Positions 52,875-61,693 of a stretch of 64,000 nucleotides of DNA are shown piece after piece. Source of the DNA: Dehalococcoidia bacterium (GTDB lineage: Bacteria; Chloroflexota; Dehalococcoidia; Lucifugimonadales; VXLM01). The stretch's first letter is position 1. Each line of letters begins with the position of its first letter. Both the position numbers and the translations under genes were made by a program. The notes under the pieces were generated by a model that was not told the DNA's origin, searched no databases, and worked only from the letters and a program-made list of their open reading frames with translations. Location: contig CBDDPU010000004.1 in the NCBI GenBank assembly GCA_965232435.1, positions 2,812,423 to 2,876,422 on the forward strand, read 5' to 3'.

Positions 52875-55472
52875 ATGGCAAAGAACGTTAGCAACACGAA
52901 CATGAATTCAATGCTCTTCGGCGCGATCCTGTCGTCGTGGTACGGAAGGATCGCCATGTTCGTCTTGCTGGCGGCGGCCATGGGCGCCGCCTACTGGCGC
53001 CGCGACTCGCTTTCACTCACCGCAGCATCCGGCCAAGAAGGCATCATCTCCCTTCTTGGCCTCGGCATCATACCGGTTGCATTGTGGATCGGCGCCTTCG
53101 GTTTTGCCCTGTTCGTTCATCAGCCACTGTTTCGGCACTACCGGCTGTGGTTCGCTTCCCCGTTCTTTCTCGCATTCTTGCTTGGCGCCCTGTCATTCTT
53201 CGCCCCCTTCCAAGGCCCATTCGCCCGCTTCACCCTCGAAGGCGAAGTCACCCTCGGCGGCGCCGTAGGTTACGCCATCGCCGGAGAGACAGTCTGGCTG
53301 GGCGTCTTAAGAGTCGCGATCGCCTTGGCCGTGGCCGTGGCCATTGCGTTCCCGCCCATTGCCGCGATCGGCCTTCAGGGACTTTGGAAAGCCATGCTCG
53401 GCATCTACATCCTGGCGATGAGCGCCGGCGGAGCCATTGCCGGCCTATTCGGCGCGGGAGCAAAGTCTCAGAAGGGGAGTTCCTCATCTACGCCGGAGAC
53501 ACCGTCAGAAGGCCGATGGAGCGAGTCATTGCGGCAAACTATGGAGCTGCAAGAGTTTCGCGAAAGAGTCTCTCCAACATCAGCATGGGAACCGCGATCC
53601 GAAGGCCAAGAACAAGACCCTGAAGAATCGACCGAGCCTCCAGGGCAAGCGGAGGCTGAGGAAGGCGCCGATCGGCGCCTCGATGCCGGACTCAACGGAC
53701 TGTCGACATACCTCGCAGAACCCGAACATCGAAAGCATCGGAGCGCCTTCGATTCCGAGCCCGTCCAACATGCGGACAACGGCGGCGCCGACACCGAGCG
53801 CGACATGGCGGAGGAGACCGCACCTGACCTGAACGAACCGGAGGATTCCGGACGAAAGTTCAACCGACTTTGGGGCAGCGGATCAATGAGATCAGAAAAC
53901 GGCGGCGAAGCTGGGAACGGCTCCCACGGCAAAATGATGTCCATGGTTCAAGCCGTCATGGGGGCCGCGTCATCATGGGGCAAACCCTCACTCTCCATGT
54001 TCGTCGACGCCAACGAAGGGGGCATCACCCAGGACGAAATGAACGCCACCGCCGGGACAATTCGCGATACCCTCGGACACTACGGCGTGGAAGTCGAAGT
54101 CGAAGACGCTCAGCCCGGCCCCACCGTAACGATGTACGGCCTCGTCCCCGGATGGATCCGCCGACAGAAGCAGGTCAATGTCACCAATGCGGACGGCAGG
54201 CCCCAACTGGACGAGAAAGGCAAACAGATAAAGACCAGTCTCGAGACCAAGACGAGGGTGAAGGTCGACGCAATCACCGCTCGGGAGAAGGACCTCGCAC
54301 TCGCCCTCAAGACGCCCAGCATCCGTATTGAAACGCCCGTCATGGGCAAGTCGCTCGTCGGGGTCGAAGTGCCCAATCCCAACCCCGCGCTCGTGACGCT
54401 GCGGAACGTGATGCAGGACCGCGAATTTGAGAGCCTACGAAAAAAAGCCAAGCTCCCCGTCGCCATCGGCAAAGGCGGAAGCGGAGAAACCGTCATCATA
54501 GACCTCGCCAAGATGCCTCATCTCCTCGTCGCCGGCTCTACCGGCAGCGGCAAGAGCGTCTTCGTCAACACCATCATTTCCTGCCTGCTCATCGAAAAAG
54601 ACCCCTCCGAACTCCGTCTCCTGCTCGTAGACCCAAAGCGAGTGGAACTCACACCCTACAACGGCATCCCACACCTTCTCACTCCGGTCGTTGTCGAAAC
54701 CGACCAGGTCGTTAGCCTGCTGCGCGGCCTCATCCGCGAGATGATGGAGCGATACCGCCGAATGGAAGATATCGGGGTTCGCAACATCGACAGCTACAAC
54801 AAGAAGTCGCACGATCGAATGCCCTATCTGGTCGTCGCCGTCGATGAACTCGCCGACCTCATGATGACTGCGTCGGTCGATGTCGAACAGGCTCTATGCC
54901 GGCTCGCCCAACTCGGACGCGCAACGGGGATTCACCTCGTCGTCGCTACACAGCGCCCCTCAGTTGACGTCCTGACCGGACTCATCAAAGCCAACTTCCC
55001 CAGCCGCGTGAGCTTCGCCCTCACTTCACAAATCGATTCCCGTACCATCCTCGATACCGCAGGGGCAGAAAAACTCCTCGGCAAGGGGGACATGCTCTAC
55101 CAAAGCGTCGATATGTCCAGACCGGAGCGCGTGCAAGGCGTGTTCATTTCCGATCAAGAAATTGAAGACCTCGTCTCGTTCTGGAAAACGACGCCTCGCG
55201 GCCCCATGAGCGAAATAACGCTCGAACCGGTCGGCGGGGCCGAAGCCGACGGCCAAGGCGACGACGACAACTACGACGAAGACCGAGACGACATGATGGA
55301 CAAGGCCATCGAACTCGCTACCCGGCAGAAGAAGATATCGACTTCACTGCTCCAGCGCCGCCTGCGAATCGGCTACCCGCGCGCCGCCCGCCTCATGGAC
55401 CAATTGGAGGAAGAAGGAATCGTCGGCCCCAGCGACGGCTCCAAGTCCCGTGATGTTATAATAGGCGTGTAA
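52875..55472 (+). CDS. ftsK: DNA translocase FtsK/SpoIIIE
   Basis: N-terminal TM helices, acidic low-complexity linker, Walker A GSTGSGKS, Walker B VVAVDELADL, gamma-domain ISTSLLQRRLRIGYPRAARLMDQLEEEGIVGP. ATG at 52875 was chosen; the supplied ORF (52668) runs through repeat sequence. Confidence 0.9.
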   Translation: MAKNVSNTNMNSMLFGAILSSWYGRIAMFVLLAAAMGAAYWRRDSLSLTAASGQEGIISLLGLGIIPVALWIGAFGFALFVHQPLFRHYRLWFASPFFLAFLLGALSFFAPFQGPFARFTLEGEVTLGGAVGYAIAGETVWLGVLRVAIALAVAVAIAFPPIAAIGLQGLWKAMLGIYILAMSAGGAIAGLFGAGAKSQKGSSSSTPETPSEGRWSESLRQTMELQEFRERVSPTSAWEPRSEGQEQDPEESTEPPGQAEAEEGADRRLDAGLNGLSTYLAEPEHRKHRSAFDSEPVQHADNGGADTERDMAEETAPDLNEPEDSGRKFNRLWGSGSMRSENGGEAGNGSHGKMMSMVQAVMGAASSWGKPSLSMFVDANEGGITQDEMNATAGTIRDTLGHYGVEVEVEDAQPGPTVTMYGLVPGWIRRQKQVNVTNADGRPQLDEKGKQIKTSLETKTRVKVDAITAREKDLALALKTPSIRIETPVMGKSLVGVEVPNPNPALVTLRNVMQDREFESLRKKAKLPVAIGKGGSGETVIIDLAKMPHLLVAGSTGSGKSVFVNTIISCLLIEKDPSELRLLLVDPKRVELTPYNGIPHLLTPVVVETDQVVSLLRGLIREMMERYRRMEDIGVRNIDSYNKKSHDRMPYLVVAVDELADLMMTASVDVEQALCRLAQLGRATGIHLVVATQRPSVDVLTGLIKANFPSRVSFALTSQIDSRTILDTAGAEKLLGKGDMLYQSVDMSRPERVQGVFISDQEIEDLVSFWKTTPRGPMSEITLEPVGGAEADGQGDDDNYDEDRDDMMDKAIELATRQKKISTSLLQRRLRIGYPRAARLMDQLEEEGIVGPSDGSKSRDVIIGV

Positions 55473-55558
55473 CCGAATCCCCAGACGTGCCGACGCTCAA
55501 CGTCGGCGCTCATTTCGGAAAATTAACGGGCGCGACGCCTCGGACCGAAAGGCGAGAC

Positions 55559-57403
55559 ATGGTACGAAACATCGCCGATATGCTGAGCTCCGTCATGAGC
55601 CGGACGCACTCGGAGGCGGAAACCGTCGTGAGAGAATTCTGCCTCGTCTGTGATGAGTCCCTCGTCAATTCCGATCTCTACCAAAGGTACAATATCTGCC
55701 CACGGTGTCGTTTCCACTATAGCCTCACCGCGCGAGAGCGCATAGAAGCCCTGGCCGACCCCGGGTCATTCAAAGAGATCAACCGCACCGTCACTTCGCT
55801 CGACCCGCTCTCGTTTTCTTCCCGCACTTCCTACCGGCAAAGCGTCTTCCGCGATCAGCGGCGCACCGGCCTAACCGAGGCTGCCGTCACTGGCGCGTGC
55901 TCGATCGGCGGGACGACGGCCACGCTCATCGTACTCGACTTCGGGTTCATGGGCGGCACCATGGGATGCGTCGTCGGCGAAAAGGTCGCCCTCGCATTCG
56001 AGTACGCCGCTCGACGCAAACAGCCCGTGGTTGCCGTCGTCACAAGCGGCGGCGTTCGCATCCAAGAGGGAGTGCTCTCCCTCATGCAAATGGCGAAGAC
56101 CGCCATGGCGGCCAACCGGCTCGCCGATGCCGGACTGCCCTTTATCTCCATTCTGGCCAATCCCTCGACCGGACACGCCTACGCCAGCTTCGCCAACCTC
56201 GCCGATATCATCATCGCCGAGCCGGGGGCAATTGTCGGTCTATCGTCCATGCGATCCATCAAGAACTCCACAGATGAACACGGCCCTGCGGATTCACACT
56301 CTGCCGAATCCCGCCTCCAACACGGCATGATTGACGCCGTCGTCGACCGCACTCAGTCCAAGGACACCCTCGCCGCGCTCCTCGATATGCTCATGTCAAA
56401 GTACCATTTGAGCCGCAGCGATCGCCACGATAAGCATGTTCATTCCCCAAGGGCCGCCACACTCAGCGCATGGGAAGCCGTGAATCTCGCCAGGCATCCG
56501 GAACGACCTACCGGCCTCGACTACATGAGCCAAATGGTGACCAATTTCGTCGAACTGCACGGCGACCGAGTCTTCGGGGACGATGATGCCCTTGTTTGGG
56601 GGCTCGGACAACTTGGCGGCGAGACGATCGTCGTCATCGGGCAAGAACGGGGCGACTCCAATGGCGCACGACAGGGAGGACGCATCTCTCCGGAAGGCTT
56701 CCGCGAGACCCAGAGGGCCGTACGTCTCGCCGCCAAGTTCGACCTCCCCATCCTTACCCTCATAGACACTCCGGGGCCGCACGTGAGCGCCGCCGCCGAG
56801 AAACGCGGACTTGGCAGCGCCATCGCAGCCGCAATGGCCGATCTCGCCGGTGTCGATGTGCCTACTATCGCGGTAATCATCGGAGAAGGCGGCAGCGAGG
56901 GAGCCCTCCCCCTAGCCGTGGCCGACCGGGTCCTCATGCTCGAAAACGCTATCTACTCCGTAATCTCACCTGAGGACGCCGCCGCACTCATATACCAGGA
57001 CGCGGCCCGCGCCGATGAGGCCGCAGAATCCCTCAAACTCACGGCCCATGACTGCTATGAACTCGGCATCGTCGACTTAATCGTCCAGGAACCGGCCGGA
57101 GGCGCTCACATCAACCCGACCGAGGCCGCGCGGCATCTCCGCCGAGTCTTGCTCCAAGAGTTGTCCACGCTCCAAGCCGGCTCCCGAAAACGCCTCCTCA
57201 AATCTCGCTACAAGAAGTTCCGAAAAATGGGCGAGTACAGTTCCCACTTCCGAACGGCCATTACCCGTGAAGTAAACTCGCTTCGAGGGATCGTCTCTAC
57301 CGGTGTCAATCGAATACGCCGCAGTTCCGATGCCGAGTCGGAAGACCATGACTTCGCAGCCGACGGCTTCTCCAACGCCAACGGCAAGCAAGAAGGCGCC
57401 TGA
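55559..57403 (+). CDS. acetyl-CoA carboxylase carboxyltransferase, fused beta-alpha (AccD-AccA) polypeptide
   Basis: AccD zinc ribbon CLVCDE...CPRCRFHY and FGFMGGTMG. AccA part ERPTGLDYM...ELHGDR.FGDD.A...G.G..GG, GEGGSEGAL. Start ATG at 55559 or GTG at 55487. Confidence 0.85.
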   Translation: MVRNIADMLSSVMSRTHSEAETVVREFCLVCDESLVNSDLYQRYNICPRCRFHYSLTARERIEALADPGSFKEINRTVTSLDPLSFSSRTSYRQSVFRDQRRTGLTEAAVTGACSIGGTTATLIVLDFGFMGGTMGCVVGEKVALAFEYAARRKQPVVAVVTSGGVRIQEGVLSLMQMAKTAMAANRLADAGLPFISILANPSTGHAYASFANLADIIIAEPGAIVGLSSMRSIKNSTDEHGPADSHSAESRLQHGMIDAVVDRTQSKDTLAALLDMLMSKYHLSRSDRHDKHVHSPRAATLSAWEAVNLARHPERPTGLDYMSQMVTNFVELHGDRVFGDDDALVWGLGQLGGETIVVIGQERGDSNGARQGGRISPEGFRETQRAVRLAAKFDLPILTLIDTPGPHVSAAAEKRGLGSAIAAAMADLAGVDVPTIAVIIGEGGSEGALPLAVADRVLMLENAIYSVISPEDAAALIYQDAARADEAAESLKLTAHDCYELGIVDLIVQEPAGGAHINPTEAARHLRRVLLQELSTLQAGSRKRLLKSRYKKFRKMGEYSSHFRTAITREVNSLRGIVSTGVNRIRRSSDAESEDHDFAADGFSNANGKQEGA

Positions 57404-57479
57404 CAAATACCTTTCCGACCGTCGAGCGCCGTCGCGCATTCCGGCGGCGCGTCACGGAGCGCAGCAGGAAACACACCGA

Positions 57480-58184
57480 ATGATGAATGAACGCAGATGG
57501 CAAAAGGCCATCGAGCAGACTTTTGTAGTCAGGTTCCCGAAGCAGCATCTCGCCACTTTCGGCACGACCAATATCAAGTACTATGTCGTGACCGAACCCG
57601 CTTTTCAGGAGGACTTGCCCGAAACCTACGAGGGCGTCGTGCGCACAGGCAAAGTCATGGCTGAACGCCCCGCCATCGTCACTCCATCATACATGTCGAA
57701 TCTCGACGGCTTCAGTTCGGAGGCTTATGAATTCTTCCACGATCTCATGCGAACAACCGGGCCGAACAGCCCGGGCATCATGTACCGCTACAGCAATAAA
57801 CCCGAAAACCTCGAAGTCGTCGGCGGAGTCGCAACGGATATCGCGCACCGCATCAGCAAGGATCTGAACGACCGCAAGGAAGAATTGTCGGTCGTCATGG
57901 TCGGAGTCGACGAGCTGTGGGATGTCGCGCTTCTCAAGTTCATCTACGAGTTCACCGCATTATCCGTGGCCGGCAATGTGCAGGAATTCAACTCCCGAGG
58001 CCTGCTGAATCCTGATGAGAATTTCGGTGGCGCGCCGGCCGCCGCCATCCAACAAATCGACCGTCTCTTCCGCGAAGTGGAGCGAGGAAACCGAGGCGGC
58101 ATCGACCTGCTCAAACAGGAAATCGACCGCTGGGGGCTGTTCGAGTTCTACCAGGACAGGTTCCTCAACCTGTTTCGGAAGTAG
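57480..58184 (+). CDS. conserved-looking hypothetical protein
   Basis: 234-aa ORF from the ATG-ATG at 57480. No motif I recognise. Protein-like composition in this frame. Confidence 0.5.
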   Translation: MMNERRWQKAIEQTFVVRFPKQHLATFGTTNIKYYVVTEPAFQEDLPETYEGVVRTGKVMAERPAIVTPSYMSNLDGFSSEAYEFFHDLMRTTGPNSPGIMYRYSNKPENLEVVGGVATDIAHRISKDLNDRKEELSVVMVGVDELWDVALLKFIYEFTALSVAGNVQEFNSRGLLNPDENFGGAPAAAIQQIDRLFREVERGNRGGIDLLKQEIDRWGLFEFYQDRFLNLFRK

Positions 58185-58187
58185 AAA

Positions 58188-59243
58188 TTACTCAAGCTCC
58201 AGCTTGACCTCAGGCGCCACGTACGCGTGGTCCTTCGCGTAGACCTGAAGTCGCCCGCAGGCATCCGCAATAATGATGCGATCCCGCTCATCAACCTCGA
58301 TTCCCGTTGGACGCTGGAACCGCCCCATGCCCGTATAGTCCTTAACCTGACGATACGCCTTAATCGTTCCCGGGTCCCGCCGAATAATGTACTCTCCCGC
58401 CTTTGACAACGTCGTCGCGTCCCCGTAGAACGTTGTCAAGACGTCTCCGTCCGGCTCATATACTTGCACCCTTCTATTCCCGAAGTCCGTAACGTATACA
58501 TCCCCCTCGCTGTCCACCGCCACGTTCGCGGGGTGCTTCAATTCCCCACCGAACGAAGAAGCGCCGAACGACATCACGTACTCGCCTTCGGGCGAGAATT
58601 TCTGTATGCGGTTGTTGCCCCAGTCGGCGACGTAGATGTACCCTTCCCGGTCAATGGTGATCCCCCATGGACGCTCGAACTCGCCTTCCGCGTCGCCACG
58701 TCCACCGAATCCGGAGATGTGCTGCCCGTCCTTGGTGAACTTCTGTACGCGATGGTTTCGACTCTCGACGATGTACAGGTTGTCCTCTGCGTCGAACGCT
58801 ATGCCGCTCGGTCCGTCCAGCTGACCCGGCGCGCTCCCGCCGCCGCCCCAACCTTCGATCCACTCCTCCGACGAGTCGCTGCCCGGATACGGTACGACTC
58901 CGTCCGGGTCATACCGCCGAACGACGTTTTCGTACTCGTCGGTCACGTAGACCCAGCCCTGACTGTCGAGGGCGATGCCTCCGGGCCAGGTGAAGTCGCG
59001 TCGCGCGAAGTCTCCGAGGTGGTGTTCGTCGAGAGTGGTCTTGCCGATGCGTCCGTTGTCCCGATGCTCTATCTGCTCGGTGACCTGAAAGCCCTTGTTC
59101 AGGACGAAGAGGATTTCGCCCGGCGCAATGGCGAGGTCGGTCGGGTAACGGAATCCTCCCACTTTCCCGTTGTGCTCGTTCGTGGGGCGTCCGAGGGAAC
59201 GGTCGAAGTGCCAAGTTCTGCCCGCGGCGGTGGTGGTAATCAT
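58188..59243 (-). CDS. NHL-repeat six-bladed beta-propeller protein (paralog 2), no signal peptide
   Basis: Repeated NHL units (FERPWGITIDREGYIYVADWGNNRIQKFSPEG, LKHPANVAVDSEGDVYVTDFGNRRVQVY...). Confidence 0.8.
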   Translation of the reverse strand: MITTTAAGRTWHFDRSLGRPTNEHNGKVGGFRYPTDLAIAPGEILFVLNKGFQVTEQIEHRDNGRIGKTTLDEHHLGDFARRDFTWPGGIALDSQGWVYVTDEYENVVRRYDPDGVVPYPGSDSSEEWIEGWGGGGSAPGQLDGPSGIAFDAEDNLYIVESRNHRVQKFTKDGQHISGFGGRGDAEGEFERPWGITIDREGYIYVADWGNNRIQKFSPEGEYVMSFGASSFGGELKHPANVAVDSEGDVYVTDFGNRRVQVYEPDGDVLTTFYGDATTLSKAGEYIIRRDPGTIKAYRQVKDYTGMGRFQRPTGIEVDERDRIIIADACGRLQVYAKDHAYVAPEVKLELE

Positions 59244-59249
59244 GGGCGA

Positions 59250-60305
59250 CTACTCCAACTCCAGTTTTACTTCCGGCGCAACATATGCGTGATCCTTGGC
59301 GTATACCTGCAATCTTCCACACAGGTCGGCCACGAGCACGCGGTCGTGGTTATCGATCTCGATACCGGTCGGCCTTTGGAACCTTCCCATCGACGTGTAG
59401 TCCTTAACCATCCGATAGGCCTTGATGGTGCCCGGATCGCGGCGGATGATGTACTCTCCCGCCTTGGACAGCGAGGTCGCATCCCCGTAAAACGACGTCA
59501 AGATATCTCCGTTCGGCTCATACACTTGCACACGCCGGTTTCCAAAGTCGGTAACGTACACATCGCCTTCGCTGTCCACCGCCACATTGGCCGGTCGCTT
59601 GATCTCGCCGCCGAACTCCTCACCGAAGCTCATGAGGTACTTTCCCTCCGGCGAGAATTTTTGTATGCGGTCATTGCCCCAGTCGGCGACGTAGACGTCT
59701 CCGCTCCGGTCGATGGTGATACCCCACGGTCGGTTGAATTCGCCGGCCTTCGCGCCCGGGCCTCCGAATGCCAGGAGAAATATCCCGTCTTTCGTGAACT
59801 TCTGCACACGGTTGTTTTGGCTCTCGACAACGTAGAGATTGTCTTCGGAATCGAATTGGATCCCCGTCGGCCCGCCGAGTTGTCCCGGGTACGATCCCGC
59901 CACCCCGAACGCGGCGACTGCCTCTCCGTTCGGGTCAAACGAAGGGAATGGGTGAGTTGCGTCGGGGTCGAACCTCCTCACGATGCACTCGTGTTCGTCG
60001 GAGACGTAGACCCACCCCTCCGAGTCCACGGCGATGCCTGAGGGCCAGGTGAACTCTCGGCGGGCGAAGTCTCCCAGATGATGCTCGTCGAACGTCGTCT
60101 TGCCCACACGCCCGTTGTCCCGGTAGCCGATCTGCCCCATGCCGAACTGGCTGCCGTGACTCAGCACGAAGATGATGCCGTCCGGCGCTATCGCAAGGTC
60201 TACCGGATACCGGTACCCACCGACCTTCCCATTATGCTCGTTTGTAGGCCGTCCAAGCGAACGATCAAAATGCCATGTGCGCCCTGCGGCGGTAGTAGTA
60301 ATCAT
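59250..60305 (-). CDS. NHL-repeat six-bladed beta-propeller protein (paralog 1), no signal peptide
   Basis: Same length (351 aa) and roughly three-quarters identical by eye to 58188-59243. NHL units FNRPWGITIDRSGDVYVADWGNDRIQKFSPEG and others. Confidence 0.8.
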   Translation of the reverse strand: MITTTAAGRTWHFDRSLGRPTNEHNGKVGGYRYPVDLAIAPDGIIFVLSHGSQFGMGQIGYRDNGRVGKTTFDEHHLGDFARREFTWPSGIAVDSEGWVYVSDEHECIVRRFDPDATHPFPSFDPNGEAVAAFGVAGSYPGQLGGPTGIQFDSEDNLYVVESQNNRVQKFTKDGIFLLAFGGPGAKAGEFNRPWGITIDRSGDVYVADWGNDRIQKFSPEGKYLMSFGEEFGGEIKRPANVAVDSEGDVYVTDFGNRRVQVYEPNGDILTSFYGDATSLSKAGEYIIRRDPGTIKAYRMVKDYTSMGRFQRPTGIEIDNHDRVLVADLCGRLQVYAKDHAYVAPEVKLELE

Positions 60306-60357
60306 CCCATGCCCTTCACAGCGAGCGAAGTCACCCGTTCGGCGTCAGGAACAATGC

Positions 60358-61497
60358 TCAGTTCCGGATGAGAGCCGGCTTCTCAAAAGAGCCATTCACG
60401 ATGGGCTTCGCGTCCAAGTCGAACCAGTCCTCCAAGATGGCGGTGTAAACGCCCCGGAAATCCTGATCGGGGGCTAGATCGCCCTCCCGCAAGTCCTCAG
60501 GCTTCATTGAAGGATAATCGTTATGCTGCCCGCCAATGGCCTTCGGCCCGATCATGAACGATACTCCTCCCGCTCCGTGATCCGTCCCCGTCCCGTTTTC
60601 CCGAACTCGCCTGCCGAACTCGGTGAAGATGAACATGATGACGTTCTCCGCCGCGTCATGCTCCTTGAGGTCGTCCCAAAAGTCCGTGACCGCCGCCGCC
60701 ACGTCGCCCAGCAGCTTCGGATGGTTGTTCGCCTGGCTCGCGTGAGTGTCATAGCCGCCATGCTCGGTATAGAAGATGCGTGTGCCTAGGTCCGCCGTGT
60801 GAATCGTGGCCACGTCCCGCAGTTTCTTGGAAAGCGGAGTGTCGGCATACTCGACGTTGGAGTTGTACGACGCCGGCGCGGTCTTCAGCATATCGGCGCC
60901 CTTCAGTGCGTCGAGACCGGTCTGGGCCAAGTAGTCCATCACCGGGCCGGAACCGATGGCGGGGGAATAGATGCTGGCAAAGTGATCGAGCATCTTCGCC
61001 CGCTCCTGTCTCTCTTCTATTCCCGTCAGTAAACCGTAGGTCGAGAGATCGGCCACCGACGCCACCGACGCGCCCGGAGCCACCAAGGCCCTCGGAAGCC
61101 CTTGACCGATATTCACCGCGGTTACCGGGTTCTCGCCCTCCGGATCCAGGTCGCGGATGGCCCGTCCCAGCCATCCCTCGGTGCCGACCTTGTGCGGCTC
61201 CGATGTATGCCAGATGTCCATAGCCCTGAAGTGAGAGCGTGTGGACTCCGGGAAACCCACTCCGTGAATAACCGCCATCTCGCCTCGGTCGTAGATGTCC
61301 TTCATCGTTCCCATCGCGGGGTTGAAGCCGACGTTGTCGTCGATCCTGATGACCTCATCTTCCGGTATCGCCAACGTCGCCCGGTTGTCGTAGTACAAGG
61401 GATCGCTGTAAGGGACAACCGTGTTCATATAGTCGTTCCCACCCGTAAGCTGAAGAACCACTAAAACGGGCTGACCGCCATTACCGTTAGTACCCAT
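60358..61497 (-). CDS. DUF1501-family (sulfatase/phosphatase-fold) protein lacking a Tat/Sec signal
   Basis: LVVLQLTGGNDYMNTVVPY...VIHGVGFPESTRSHFRAMDIWHT...GTDHGAGG. Strong AAGGAGG RBS 6 nt before the ATG at 61497. The N-terminus is MGTNGNGGQPV with no RR motif. Confidence 0.7.
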   Translation of the reverse strand: MGTNGNGGQPVLVVLQLTGGNDYMNTVVPYSDPLYYDNRATLAIPEDEVIRIDDNVGFNPAMGTMKDIYDRGEMAVIHGVGFPESTRSHFRAMDIWHTSEPHKVGTEGWLGRAIRDLDPEGENPVTAVNIGQGLPRALVAPGASVASVADLSTYGLLTGIEERQERAKMLDHFASIYSPAIGSGPVMDYLAQTGLDALKGADMLKTAPASYNSNVEYADTPLSKKLRDVATIHTADLGTRIFYTEHGGYDTHASQANNHPKLLGDVAAAVTDFWDDLKEHDAAENVIMFIFTEFGRRVRENGTGTDHGAGGVSFMIGPKAIGGQHNDYPSMKPEDLREGDLAPDQDFRGVYTAILEDWFDLDAKPIVNGSFEKPALIRN

Positions 61498-61693
61498 GCC
61501 GCCCTCCTTCTCATCTGCGCCATATCATACCAAACGAATGGCCGGTTAGCCAGACGAACGACCGTCCAATAACCGATCAGTCCGGATGCGATGAACCTCC
61601 TGCGACTACTCGTCCTCAAAGCCTCTTGCATAATTCGTTAGCAGGCCGACTGAGGCGCGAAATTATGGGCAGAATGATAGTTGGCGTTTGATT

